From assembly GCA_965112155.1 (NCBI GenBank), contig OZ218114.1: a DNA stretch of 64,000 nucleotides; one strand, written 5' to 3'. This DNA is from Podarcis liolepis (lineage: Eukaryota). This document shows, one piece after another, positions 24,579 to 36,880 of the stretch. The notes beneath the pieces are model-generated. The model saw nothing but the letters and a program-made list of their open reading frames with translations, made no database searches and had not been told where the DNA came from. Numbering within the stretch: the first letter of the stretch is position 1; each line of letters starts with the position of its first letter. The translations under genes were made by a program, and so were the position numbers.

Positions 24579-24845
24579 CAGAGGCATACTTAGACTCCCT
24601 TGCACCCTTGGCAAGGAGCTGTATGATATATGAAATGTATCACACACACCGACCCCCTGGCACCCTTGGCAAGGAGCTATTCCTGCCTTCCTCCTGGACA
24701 CCCTGAGCAGCACAGGAGTTGCCCAGGGAGCAGGCAAATGGGCAACTACTTTGAGCCAGAGTGGAGAGGTGTGAGTTTTGTGCCCCCCCCATGGGCCTGC
24801 ACCCATGGCAGGGGCCAACCTTGTCAACCCTGGGCTTTCCCCCTG
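24579..24845. mobile_element. Degraded GC-rich non-autonomous DNA transposon (Harbinger-like?)
   Basis: Begins CAGAGGCATA and ends CCCCCTG, with repeated GCACCC(T/A)TGGCA words. Confidence 0.35.
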
Positions 24846-27415
24846 CTGGCATTCCATATAATCTCATGGGAATGCCTTTCTCCATCAGATATTTTCACCT
24901 GTAAATTAATGACATTGATACCTGCTGATAGGGTGGAGAAGAAAACGTGGTGTGTGGGAGGAGATGTTTTATTAAAATATCGCTCTCACACAGTGCAAAA
25001 TGACACCTCCTCCCCTGGTTTGGGTTGCAAACATCCCCCCATGCATAGTAAATGCAAGAAACTTTAATCTCCCTACAGTATCATGTAGCCAAATCTTATT
25101 TGGCTCTGTCATAATGTGATGTCATCACTCTGATCATGTGATTCTTGAGTGGCTGGGATTTCCTCAGTAAGAAGGCTTTGTGTATTGAACAAAAGCAAAC
25201 CCAGTGCCTAAGCCTCTGTGAGCAGGTGTCAAGTGGTACATTAACAAGCAGGTGGGTGTTAGCATTGTGAAACTCCTCCATACCCTTTTGCTGGGAGGGG
25301 GGGGGGAAATGGGTGGAAATTCAGCACAGCCTTGGTTGTTGCCATCTGTCTGTAGGTATGCAGCACTGAGGAAACAGTGCTTTTCAGCCCTGCAAATCCA
25401 AGCTGTGACATGTAGAGCTTATATATTTATCTCATTGAAGCCTGGCTTTATATCAGAATTTATTATTTCTGTTATGAGGTAGTCCAACAGCATTTGGGAA
25501 GCATAGATCGGACATCTCCTGGGGCTTTCCAGGCCTTCAGGATTAATGGCAAAGAATGGCCCTGCTTCACTTATCCTTATGTGAGCTGAAGGGTTCCTTT
25601 GGTTGTGCATTTAAAACTGACTATCCCTGCAGAGCCAGCCAGTAGTGAAGAGGGCCACGTCGTTCCATCAAATGTGTGAAAAGCTCTTTAAAAATCCAAA
25701 CGGGAGAGCTAATTATTTTCCCTAACCGCTTTACTCTTTCAAATCTTTTGCCGTAATGGAGATTTAGAATCCATCAGTGTTTAGCTATTATTTCTGTGTA
25801 AACAGAGTCATGCCCTATTGCGTCAAGCAAACAGTCAATTTTTTCCATTACGTTTAGCTGCAGATAACAAAGGGTGCGAATGAGCATACTGTGGGCCCTG
25901 CCATTTCATTTGTTCACACTTGCATAAATAATTGTGGAAGGAAAGGGTTAAAGCCTTGGCATGAGCTGGTTCTGTGCTGTTGATGGAGGCAGCTGCCTCT
26001 GTCTGGCTGCCCTGGTAATCTTATGCAAGGTCTTGTTCACTTGATGGCCAGATTAGTAATCTCTTAATTTAACCCCTTCCCGCATGATATCTGAAGCCGA
26101 ACCATTTTACACAGCCATTCCAAAAAGTGAATTATGATCAGGAACTAGCACATTTTAGTCTGAATCACAGAACTTCTTTTCAGAATGTACCTCTAACCTC
26201 TTCTGTGTAACCTTCCATTGTTTTTAGGAGCATTGGCAAACCAAAATTAAGTTACTTTGAAATAGCAAATCATATTTTATTTGTTGGGGAACTTAAGATG
26301 GCATGTCACACCATGTGAGCATTTCACAAGTGTAGTCTAGGAAGGGCCACATCTCATGTTGTTCTTCCCAACCTGCATTCTTGACATAATAAGTGGCTTT
26401 TGGCATACTTTAGTGAACATGGTATCGGAGACGGTGGTGTCAATTATTGCTTTTAACTGTAAAAGGTGTAGGGGTAAACGGGGAGAATGCGTGATTATTG
26501 CAGTTACATGTACTTTGACTTTGTTACCGCGGGGAAAGGGAGCTAGGGGTGGCATCAAACTATTCACTCAGGAAAAGCAGGAATGCCATTCTAGGCATGC
26601 GTCACTCTCCCTTCCCTTCCCTGAATGTGTGGTGTGTAAAGCTCCCATTAAAACTCTGAGGGGAGTCGTGATCCTGGCTTGAATTTTTAGTATCTCGATA
26701 GAAATATCCAAATGCAGAAATGTGCATGGGGGTGTTTGTGTATGAGTTGAATGCTTTTTGTTGGGAACCTAAAGCTACTCACCTCTCTCACTTTTTATTT
26801 TATTTTTAAAGCAGTAAATGGCATGCTGGCTGTGTAGCATATGGCCGTTAAGGAAAGAGGTTTCCTCTTTATATATAGCTTGTTCCCAGCAGAGGCATTT
26901 ATTTAAGAAACAAATGCTTCTGGTTAGCTTCTGTATGGATTCGGTCCAGCTTTAAACCACCGCCACGAGTAAAATTCATTTGGCGCAGAGGAAATAAAAA
27001 CAAATGCTTCCTGACATTGGGTACTTCCGCCCAGGGGCCTCTGGGAGCTCTTTTACCTCCTTGTTTCTAGTTTTTTTTCCTTTTAAATAACTATTGCATT
27101 ACTCTAACTTCAAACTTGGCAGCCTAAGGCACTGTAAATATTGAAACAATTTAATTGTTGGATGATACAGTGGGATTCCTAAAATAGATCTTACATACAT
27201 ACAATATATTTATTTCCAAAAGGATTATATAAAGGAATTTGTCTCAATGCTTATGTCATGCAAAGGTCAGGAAATGAGTTTCATAACTTTTGTGTTTCAT
27301 CTTTTTTAAAAAAATAGACATTTCATTTGTATTTTACTTTCCCCCTCAGAAGCCTGTATCTTTTAGTGTGTATGATCATAATTATGTGGAGTCCTGTCCA
27401 ATATGAATCTAAATG

Positions 27416-27815
27416 CTGTAGAGGGAAGTGAGAGGCAGATGGAAGGTAGCCCATCTACGAGAAGGAAAACTCTGATCCTAAACCTCCGCTGCCTTGTGGA
27501 AGGAATATCTTTGGGAGAAGAAAAAGCTAAGGAGTAAAACGTACCCAAATCCAGAGTGGAGTCCCTAAGACAGTTGGATGGTGCCTTGTGTGCCTCCTTC
27601 TGGCAACTCCTGCAGCCATGCTGATGCCAGGCACATTGCTCTTCTTTCCTTTGGACCATATTACTGAATGTTGTCATCTTGGCAGCCATGTACTCCCATA
27701 CACAGTGCCCAGACTTGCACTCCAGAGAGGTCACTTTGATGCTGCTATTGCAGCGGTTTGACTTCACCCTTTGAGGCACACTCCATTGTCTTTCAAGACA
27801 GACTGATGCCAATAA
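27416..27815 (+). mobile_element. Interspersed non-coding retro-repeat (probably RTE-related), copy 1
   Basis: Collinear with 41979-42350 from CTAAGGAGTAAA through GACAGA(C/T)(T/G)GATGCCAA. Family assignment is from recall. Confidence 0.75.
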
Positions 27816-28144
27816 CCAGATGACTTTTCACTGAAATTGCATGATGGCTGGTTGATAAAAATAAAATGAATTGGAATAACTAAAAAAAAATAATGGGGGG
27901 AGGGGGCTGACTAGTGAAAATAAACATTCTTCCCTGTCTCTTTACACCCGGGGTGGGAGGATGCCTCTTCTGTGAAGAGTGATAATTTTAACTGCTTGCT
28001 GGAGGGAAAGTTTTGAAATCATAAAAGAAAACAAGCAAAGGAGGAGATAATCTAACTTCAAGGGACGCATAGCAGGTATCACTACAGAAAATGCCCTTTT
28101 TGCACATTGGGACCAACCTTCATAGATTATCTCAGAAAGCAAAC

Positions 28145-28250
28145 AGCATGGTGCCCTCTAGATGTTGTGTGCAGCTCCCATCAGGCCCAATCAGCTAGCC
28201 CAATGGGAAGGAATGGTGGAAGTTGTAGTCCACAACAGCTGGGGGCTGCC
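28145..28250. mobile_element. Short palindromic hAT-like MITE
   Basis: CCCTCTAGATGTTG...CAGCTCCCATCA...GAAGTTGTAGTCCACAACAGCTGGGGG. Confidence 0.6.
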
Positions 28251-29472
28251 ATGTTGTTTTTTCATGCCATAGGCCAAGGCATCAAGCCTCCAACACCATT
28301 TTCCTTCAAGAAAGATTGGAGCCACCCAAAACAGCAGCCCCAAACAATCCAGAAGGATACCATGGTTGTTGGACATAGTTTCAGGGGGAGCCACCGAGAA
28401 TACCTCTCTCTCTGCCCTCATTTTATCACAATTAGTTCTGCATGTGAACTGAACCCAGTGTTAGTTACTGGAAACACAGATTAAACATGAACTTAGGATA
28501 ATGGGCATTCTCAGCCCCTTCCAAAATCCTTGCGTTCTGCCCCCAGAACCCTAGCCCCAGGTACTAATATATTATAATACAACAATTGGAAAGCGTATTA
28601 GGCAGTAATGAAGAGAAAATGATGTTAGAGAGATGGCAGAGAGCATCATGCCTTAACAGTCCTGATTAGCTCTTGAGCTGCTGCTTCTTCATACTTTTTT
28701 TTTTTACATTTGCTAATGTTGTTAAAGAAAAACAATGCATTTTCTTGGAGCAGACTGTTTGTGCTTTCTCAGCCCCTTTGAATGTTGTACATTAGCCAGA
28801 TGAAATGATTAAAAAGAATAAAAGTAGATGTAGGGGAATGTATCGACATACTCCCAGCAAACAGTATCTTCCACTTCATCTGGGTCTCCGTTGCGCAGCG
28901 CGTCAAAGTCAAAGGCACTTTATACTGGCTGCATCTAAGGACCCCTGTGTGGAGGCACTGCTTCAGCAGGATTGTTTCTGTCTTTCACGGTGATCTGCTT
29001 TTTGAGCTTGTCTGGGGTGGGGAGGTTTACCTCCCTCTCCCCTTTGTTTAATGATGTCTGTGTTTTACTGTTGTGGCTCCAGTTACATGGTATTAACCAG
29101 AAACATAAGAAAAACACTGCCATTTGCTAGTTATAGCTCACAACCAGTAGAGGCTACTGACGTGTTATCTGAGAAAAGCTGGATTAAACTACTCAAGGAT
29201 GCTTCTTGAACCAGAGTCCAGTGCCCTACAGAATTGTGAGGCAGTGGTACCTTGTCTGTGTTCTTCTGTGGGTGGACAACAGCAACCCATGCCCAGCCAA
29301 CCAGCCACTCTTAGATTTCTCTAAAGCCTTCTGTTCTTCAAGCCGACCGCTTTATCAGTCATTGTAAATCGGAGATGGAGAGACTGTCTCCTTCCATGAG
29401 TCCTTAGACTACAGTTCCCATCAAACAAAGAAGAACAGACCTCAAACAAAGATTTGAACACCTGAACAGCTT

Positions 29473-29520
29473 CATAGAACTATAGAGTTGGAAGGTACCT
29501 CACAGGTCATCCAGTCCACC
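29473..29520 (-). mobile_element. CR1-type 3' tail fragment
   Basis: CATAGAACTATAGAGTTGGAAGG...AGGTCATCCAGTCCA. Confidence 0.7.
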
Positions 29521-29756
29521 AGTTTCATTGATGCTCACATCTGGCAGCATACTTGAGTCTTGACATGTGTTTGTCTTTATACTCCTTTCCCACAGTTACT
29601 GCACTCAAGGTGCTTCACAGCAGATGTAAATGTATTAACAATAACATCACTCCCAACTTCCGCCCCATAACAGTACAAAAATGAAAAAGGAATCTAGCTG
29701 AGTGTTCAGTGGTTTTATTAATTTCAGTAGTTAATACAATAATGCTCAATTCCTAA

Positions 29757-29850
29757 CATAGAATCATAGAATTGTAGAGTTGGACAGGCCTGTGAGGGTC
29801 ATCTAGTCAAACCCCCTGCAATGCAGGAATCTCAACTAGATCATAGACCA
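29757..29850 (-). mobile_element. CR1-type 3' tail fragment
   Basis: CATAGAATCATAGAATTGTAGAGTTGG...GGTCATCTAGTCAAACCCCCTGCAATGCAGGAATC, the antisense of the CR1 (ATTCTATG)n terminus. Confidence 0.85.
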
Positions 29851-29927
29851 GATCAACCATTTGTTTTAGTAGAATAAACAACAATATGGTAGTGACAGCA
29901 TTACATTCACAATTCATTTGTTTATCC

Positions 29928-30258
29928 CAGGGGTCTGCAACCCGCAGCTCCGGAGCTGCATGTGGCTCTTTTACACCTTTGCTGCGGCTCCGGGGTGGAT
30001 ACTAGCGAGGGGAGGAGGCGCATTGTGCGCCCCGACACTCCCCACTGTGGCGGGCGCTGTACTGGCTGTGACGTCGCATGGGGGCGGTGCGTGCGTTAGT
30101 CATGCACCGTCCCGACGTCACCTTCCCGCCCGCTGTCAGATCGCGGCTCCGGATATATATTTGTTTTAAATGTCGCAATGGTTTTGCGGCTCCCAGTTTT
30201 TTTCCCTTCGGAAACGGGTCCAAGTGGCTCTTTTTGTCTTAAAGGTTGCAGACCCCTG
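29928..30258. mobile_element. Young hAT MITE with perfect 8-bp TSD
   Basis: GTTTATCC|CAGGGGTCTGCAACC ... GGTTGCAGACCCCTG|GTTTATCC: perfect 15-bp TIR, perfect TSD, CpGs retained. Confidence 0.97.
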
Positions 30259-32485
30259 GTTTATCCAAACTCACAAAAACAGTTTAGCATAAAAAGGCCA
30301 ATAGGCCTATGGCCTAATAAGTTTATTTGCTCCCAAGAAGCTCCATGAACTCACAGAAAGTCTGCTAACCCTGTTTTTAAAAATGCTCAAAGCTAGACAG
30401 AAAACAGGCCCCATGAAAAAGGCACTGTCAGAGGAGCAGACATGGTGTCTGCTTGAACAGGGTTAACACCTAAATATACAAGACAAGGTGGAGGTGAAGG
30501 AAGTCAAAGTGACTTATTTAAGAAGAAAGGTGATGGGGAGCTTTTGGAGGTGGGAGATAGAGCCAGGATTAGAAACAAGGTCTTTGCTCCAGACCAGGTA
30601 GGTTATTTTGGTCTCAAAGGTGTGAAGTAAACAAACTTCCCTAAAGGGAATGCCAAGTACCTTGAAGTAACTTTGTATGAAGATGAAACCCGGCCACGAT
30701 TCATTCAGGTCTCTCATTTTGTACTAGAAATCAGGAGTAAATGAAGACTAGTCCACACACGGATAAGCCATGCTAGTGCATCTTTACTTATCACTCCCAC
30801 TTCACTTTTCTCTTGGTGCAAGCAGAAGTACAAGTCATGAATCCTTGGCTTGATGTTACCCCTGGACCTGGGAATGTGGGTTTCCCCCCTCCTTGCTAGC
30901 AAACCATGACCAGAATTTCTTCAAGAGAGATAACAATCTTTGTCATGACTCCATCCGTGATCAGGACACAAAGTCTGAGGCTACAGTGCTACCAGCTAAG
31001 GAGCCAGACCGGGTTCCTTGCTCTGAGCCTCATGTTGTTGAGAGGCCAGCTGAACCTTGAGGCTGGGAAGGCAGGAGCTTGCTGAACCAGATCCCACAGC
31101 ACCAGGGTCTGTGAAACCAAGGGTAGAATATTCACAGTGTCTTCCTTGGACGTGAGGAACAGAATACTGCCCACAGTACCTGGCCAATCCAACAGCGCAG
31201 AGAGTGCACTAGGTAGGAGGCCTTAAAATGTTGGCCCTTTAATAAGAGAGCCCTGTTTTCCACAAAGGGGTGGAGCCTAGGAGAGGTGAACTGGGAAGCA
31301 GAGCCTCCAAGTGCCTGTGTTTGCTTCCAACCTTTGTCAGAGCAAGTTGTTACTAGGAGTAATCCTTGGTGAGCAACCTGCCTTGCCCTGGGGTCTCCTC
31401 TGCAAGCCAGTGCATCTGGGGAGGAGGAAAGAGAGAGTGATTGGGCAGCAGGCACTAGCATGCTTCTTCATCCCATTAAGCCATTAACCAAGGCTTGTTG
31501 TTATGTGTGAATGAGGCCACTATCAGAAGGAAAATAAGAAAGGAAAGTCTTTGCACCAAGCCTAGAGCACATGCTTTGCTTTCAGAACGAACTCTCCTTT
31601 CTCTGGATCTCAGTGTAGAAACTACCACTATTAAGAATACTGTGGTGCCCCACTAGGGGCAACACCGTATAACCCATTCTTCATGGTGGTAGTTTCTATG
31701 AGATCCAGAAATCTAACTCATGGTAAGTGGGATGCTCTTCTCTGAAGCCCTGGAGAGCGCTGATGCTTTGGTTCACCTTTTTCTTTTTTCTTTTGTCCAA
31801 TTCATGTTTATTCTGAGTAAACATTTAGAAGTGTGACCATAAAATATCTGTGAGTTGCCCTCAGAACAATGTTATGAGACAGCTTAATATAGGTATAGTA
31901 ACAACAATAATAATTGCTTTGTGTTGCATATTAGTTCCAGGGATAGCCAGTTTGATTTCCCTGGTCCAGAGGGCTAGGCTTTTGTGTACAGGAAACCTTT
32001 GGTTCACGTTCTAGCTTAGCCATGAAACTCACTGTGTGAAGCAAAACTGCCATTCCGAGATGCCTGGGGGAAAGGGTGGGATATAAAGGTAACCAGTCGT
32101 TTAAAAATGTATTTTAATATAGTGTTCCTCCCCTCCTCAAAAAAGAGGCTCACCAGCAAGTGTTTATTTTTATTCTTGACATGTAAATATAGAATCCCAG
32201 TCTCAAAGATAACATACATTTGGCCTTAAACTATTTTCTTTCTCTCTCCCCTCTTTTACCACTGATGTGTATCTTCCCACAGACACAACTGATGGTTAAT
32301 GGATTAAAAGTCTGGCAGGCTGGTAGAAAAACTGACTGCAAACAAGACAGTCTGCTCTTGAGTACTTGACACTGCTGATCAGAAATGAGTTTCCTTTTAA
32401 TGTATCTGTTGCTTTGTGTCTCTCTGCTTTGAGAGCAGCATTGATCAAATACACAAGCAGTTAAACTGGAATCAGTTCTCACTTT

Positions 32486-32535
32486 TTCCTTCCTTCCTTC
32501 CTTCCTTCCTTCCTTCCTTCCTTCCTTCCTTCCTT
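32486..32535. repeat. (TTCC)n microsatellite
   Basis: Direct observation. Confidence 0.97.
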
Positions 32536-33919
32536 ATCTTACTCAGCAGCCCTGGATTAGGACCACCTTTTCTCTGTGTTTATTTTATCTCCCTGTAAAG
32601 GGCAAATGTAGTTTGAAACCATTGAAAACTTGCACTGGTAAATTATGGAGATTATTGATTGAAGCCAGCCAAAGTCATGACTATGTAGAGTTGATTTCCT
32701 TTCTGAGCACCAGGAAATTAGTCTGGAGGACAAAGTTGACTCCTTGCCTGGCCAAGATGTTGCCAGGGGGGCGCTAGGGAAAGGGCAGCGGAGGCTGCGC
32801 ACACTGAATGATGGAATGTATTGTGTGCAATTCTTTCAGCTCAGCCTTCAGAGTCTGACAAACTTTGCTGGTTTAGGGAAAGTGACAAAGTGAAGTAAAG
32901 TTGGTGCTGTTAAAAACTCTTCTTCTGTGAACTACGGGTTGTTTTTTGTGTGGCCATCTGTAATTCTGGAGGTAATACTAAACAAAATGTCTGCTGCATA
33001 CTGCACTGGATTTACTGTGAAAGCTTTAAAACACTCTTTTCAGTGTGACCTTGACACCCTCGACATTATATCTGAGTTGAAAACATACATCTTGGGGAGA
33101 AAAAGAGGGGAAGAGAGATTGGGTCTCTATGGGAAAAAGTGAGTACAGAAGAAAAGAGGGGAAAGCTGAAGTTGTCAGTTGCCAATTGTACTTCTTAACT
33201 GTTAGTTTTGAACAGTGCCGAAAAGCCTGCTATTGCGATGGTAACAATAGCTTTGTCAAAGCACTTCCAGGCTTGACTCTTTGACTCGGTGTAAATGAGC
33301 GGCATGTGTTCATAAAACTTGTTGATGCTGAGGACCTTGTTGGAGGTGGGGTTTTTTGGCCATACTTTTGAAATCTGTATCTCTCGTGCTCTGAGTGCTC
33401 AAGACCTTTGTGTCATTCTGTCAAGTCCCATATGTCCTGCTTGGGAGTGCAAGGCACAATGAGAAGCGAAGTGTAGAAGGCTTCCTCTGGTTCCTATGTG
33501 AGACTTGTCAGGAACCTCAAACTCTGAGGGATACATGGCCAGCTGGGGTTGTCCAGCCTGAAGGCAAGGAGATGAGCAAGCTGATTTTTGATGTTGGTCT
33601 GTAAACTAGAAGGCTAGATATCTGGAGTTCTGCAGAGATGCCTAGCTGATGGGCTTATGTGGATTGCTGTTCCTGAGTCTGGCATGGGGCATGAGTGGGA
33701 CAGGTGAAAAACTCTTCATGTTTTATTGGTGACAGCTCTTTAAAAATCATTTCAGGTTTCTATCCCTAACTAATTTCCATCCCTTAAAGAGGCAGTTCCC
33801 AGGCAGGCCAGCAAGCACTTCTCCTTCTTTGGGAACCATCTGTCTGAGCTCTGCAAGGATGTGGCTTCTTGGGATCTGATAGAGGGTGCTTGTCACAAAT
33901 GTGTCTAGGAAATGTTTTC

Positions 33920-34051
33920 AATTTAGTTTTGTATCACTCATCTCTTTCCATTATGGCCTATTTGTAGTTCCCAGGCAGTCACCCTTCCACACATCCAGAC
34001 TTACTTAGGTTCAGTAAGGTGGCCTCATTCTTCTTCTGAGGCCAGGTCTTG
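33920..34051 (-). mobile_element. 5S rRNA-derived SINE copy, degraded
   Basis: TTCCCAGGCAGTCACCC...CCAGACTTACTTAGGTTCAGTAAGGTGGCCTC is similar to 18482-18628. Confidence 0.55.
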
Positions 34052-34122
34052 CTTGGGCCCTAGGACAAAGAACTGGCAGGCCTCAGATGCAGCTTACACC
34101 AGTTATCAGGATTAAAAAAGAT

Positions 34123-34260
34123 GGATAAGGCTCAGCAGGTAGAGTACGAGACTTGCGTGGGTTTGTGGGTTTGAGTCCCACACTGGGCAAAATATTCCTT
34201 CATTGCAGGGGGTTGGACTAGATGACCCTCATGGTCTCTCCCAATTCCATGATTCTGTGA
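34123..34260 (+). mobile_element. tRNA(Lys)-derived SINE with CR1 3' tail
   Basis: A-box-like GCTCAGCAGGTAGAG and B-box-like GGTTTGAGTCCC, then ATTCCTTCATTGCAGGGGGTTGGACTAGATGACCCTC...ATTCTGTGA. Confidence 0.8.
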
Positions 34261-34313
34261 ATGGAGATCTGGTAGATAGTGTTTGTGTTTCACCTTTGAC
34301 TCGAGTTACCTAC

Positions 34314-34316
<3 letters not shown>

Positions 34317-34351
<35 letters not shown>
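34317..34351. repeat. (TG)n microsatellite
   Basis: Direct observation. Confidence 0.97.
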
Positions 34352-34353
<2 letters not shown>

Positions 34354-35026
34354 GTTCCATTCCTAAGATGGTACTCCATACAGATGTTAAATAAGAGTAA
34401 CTGGGGGGGGGGGGAGTCAGGTCCAGTGGAACCAAGTCAGTTTCTTTTAAAAAAACACTGAACCATATTATTATTTGAGCACTGATAGGCTAGCGCTGTC
34501 ATTGCTTTTCTCCCTTGAGCAACTGTAACGCATGGGCATTGCTAAAACTAATCTGCAGCCTCCAATATATATGGAATGGAGAGTATCCGTTTTGCTGAAG
34601 AGCATATGACAAAAGTAATCTAAACCATTCTACAAAAATAAATAAGTCTGAAAAGAAATCTTTCAATGTATTGTCTTTATAAATATCCTTTAAATTGAGT
34701 CTGAATGGTGGTGTGCAAGTTGATGGTATTGGAGAAGCCTGTTGAAATGCATTTCACACTCACAGTTATCATTGAATGTATAGAGTATGTTTAGCTCATG
34801 CTTCCCGCCCCCCCCCCCCGCCCCGTCTCTCCTTTTCTCATTCATTTGGTGCTACATTTCTTTGGAGATTTCAAAGTGATGATTGGCAGATCAAAGATGG
34901 TGATATTTCTTCCACAAAAATACCCTATTTTTGATTGATCTGTGAGAGCAAGCAGTCTAAGGGCAGTACAAATAGCTCAATGGATGGACTAGACTCTGGG
35001 TTGTTTTAATTGCAATTTCTACTAAC

Positions 35027-35444
35027 TAGGGATGAGTGTTCCCTCGCCAAGGTACAATCTGGATCTCTTTTTAAAGCAGATTAATTTGGAGAATGACTGG
35101 CAGAAATCCAAAATCAACCATATTTAACTGGTTCCATTTTGAATCAGTGATACGCCTCCCACCTCCGGCTCTCCTAAGCTTCTGGGAGGCACCTGAGACC
35201 CCTCATGGCAACCCCTGGGAGCCCTTCCTGAAAAGCAGCACCTCCTTGCCTTGCTAAGGTTATGAAGTGGTGGAGGGAAAGAACAGGGAGTGCTCCTGGG
35301 AATTGCTGTGATCAGATCTCTTCTGGACCATCTCAGAACTCCTGAGAGGTCAACCTCCAGTCCAAAAGGAATCTGGAAAGGGTGGATTCTATAAATCTGG
35401 AGTTTGAAGCCTTTCATCCATTTGTGCCATTTACCCATTCACTA
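35027..35444. mobile_element. Old DNA transposon remnant with TAGGGATG-type termini
   Basis: TAGGGATGAG ... CCCATTCACTA; flanks CTACTAAC / ATACCAAT match 5/8. Confidence 0.4.
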
Positions 35445-36739
35445 ATACCAATTCATTTATGAGCTTTTAGGAGGGCCCTCTGGAAGTGGAAAAGCAGTAT
35501 AGAATTAATAATAAAAAATATTTCCCCATAATCTATTCTCCATAATCTATTGGTCTTTTTTTGTTTTTAAAGGAGGCCCTGTGGGAAAGTGATTCTTGGT
35601 GAACACTACAACCCCCTCAGTACTTTATTAGTATATTTTATTTTAAATTCTCACAGGGCTTTCCCCTCAGGGTTGACCTCTGATTGCTACCTTCTTGTAC
35701 GTATAAAGAAGTTGAGAGGACATGGGAGATAATAGAATTATGAATGGCAAGATTTTGAGCAATCAATAAATGCGTTTGCCTAAGAGTCCTCTCCTTGTGT
35801 TAATTTGGTGTTGCCATGGTGTCTCAAAATGGAGGATTGTAGGTCATTCTGCAGAAACAGAGGGCTTGCACAAAATGTGCCGATCCTCATGGAAGGCAGA
35901 TAATGCATTACGCACAACCTTCAGCTGAATGATAAATTGCCTCTTTATCTGGTGTTGTCCAGGGAGATCCACTGCAGAAAATTGAAAGAGATGTTTCACA
36001 CCACCAGCTAACGTTATTTTGGAAGAGGACCAAAAATCACACGCTTCAGACTTGAAATGTATTTAAGTGTCATAGTGGTATTTCTTCACTGAAGCAAAAT
36101 GAGGGGGAGGAAAAGGAGAGAGATTAGTCACCTTAAAATTTAACTCATTGTGTTAATGAATTGCTTTATTATTTCTGAGCACTTTGTGTATACATAATTA
36201 ATTGTCTACAAGCATTCTTATTTTGGGTTTTGGGTTTTTTAGAAGGAGAGGATAATTATTTATGTATGCTTTTATTTAAAACATTTACTAGCTGCTGTTG
36301 TATTAAAATCATATTCAAAGTATCTTACAACAACAATGAAAATGTGAAAGATAAATGTGCAGGAACAATAAATTATTACCTTCAGTCTAAAACTTAAAGG
36401 CAAGTGTAAGCTATCCGTCAAAAATAAGAGACATAAAACGTCAAGTTTTGTATAACTTCTTCTATCCATTGAAAGCCCTGTCAGACAGATACATTTGAAC
36501 TTGTCTCTTGAATGATACAAGGGTTGGTGCTTCCTTTACTGGTCCAGGAAGGGCATTCCTCAAATGGACCATCATCACTGTGTAATAAAGTTCATTTCCC
36601 CATCACCACCTGCCTGAGTTCACCTGGAGGCAGAGATGTACAGAAGTGCCTCTGATATGAATTTTAAACTTTCGGCAGGTTGAAATTCAGGTGGGAGAAG
36701 ATGATCCTTTAAGTTTTCCACAAGCAAGATACTATATAT

Positions 36740-36880
36740 TTTATTTTCTTATCCTATCCTATCCTTTCTCTAAAGTAGCTCAGGACAGCACACATGATTC
36801 TTCCCCTACATTTTTACATCCCTAACATGGATCAGTGGGAATTTGAACCTGCGTCTTCGCAGTCCTACTTCGACACTGTC
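36740..36880 (-). mobile_element. Old tRNA-derived SINE (MIR/Squam3-like), degraded
   Basis: T-rich tail, then GGGAATTTGAACCT (antisense B box). Similar remnants at about 40050-40160 and 42370-42520. Confidence 0.5.

Noticed and set aside
24597-24678. CRISPR-like repeat-spacer-repeat
   Set aside because: Only two units, in vertebrate DNA with no cas genes; treated as a local duplication.
30941-31460. Possible LTR starting TGTCATGAC (similar impression at about 15425-16023 and 33500-33800)
   Set aside because: Could not define a matching end or TSD.
32760-32778. CTCF-like GCCAGGGGGGCGCTA (also 31650 and 57900)
   Set aside because: Wrong spacing or core mismatches relative to the consensus.
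34123-34200. tRNA genes (also 41051, 54205, 60023) and 5S rRNA genes (17889, 18482)
   Set aside because: Degenerate, and followed by LINE-derived tails; these are SINE heads, not functional RNA genes.
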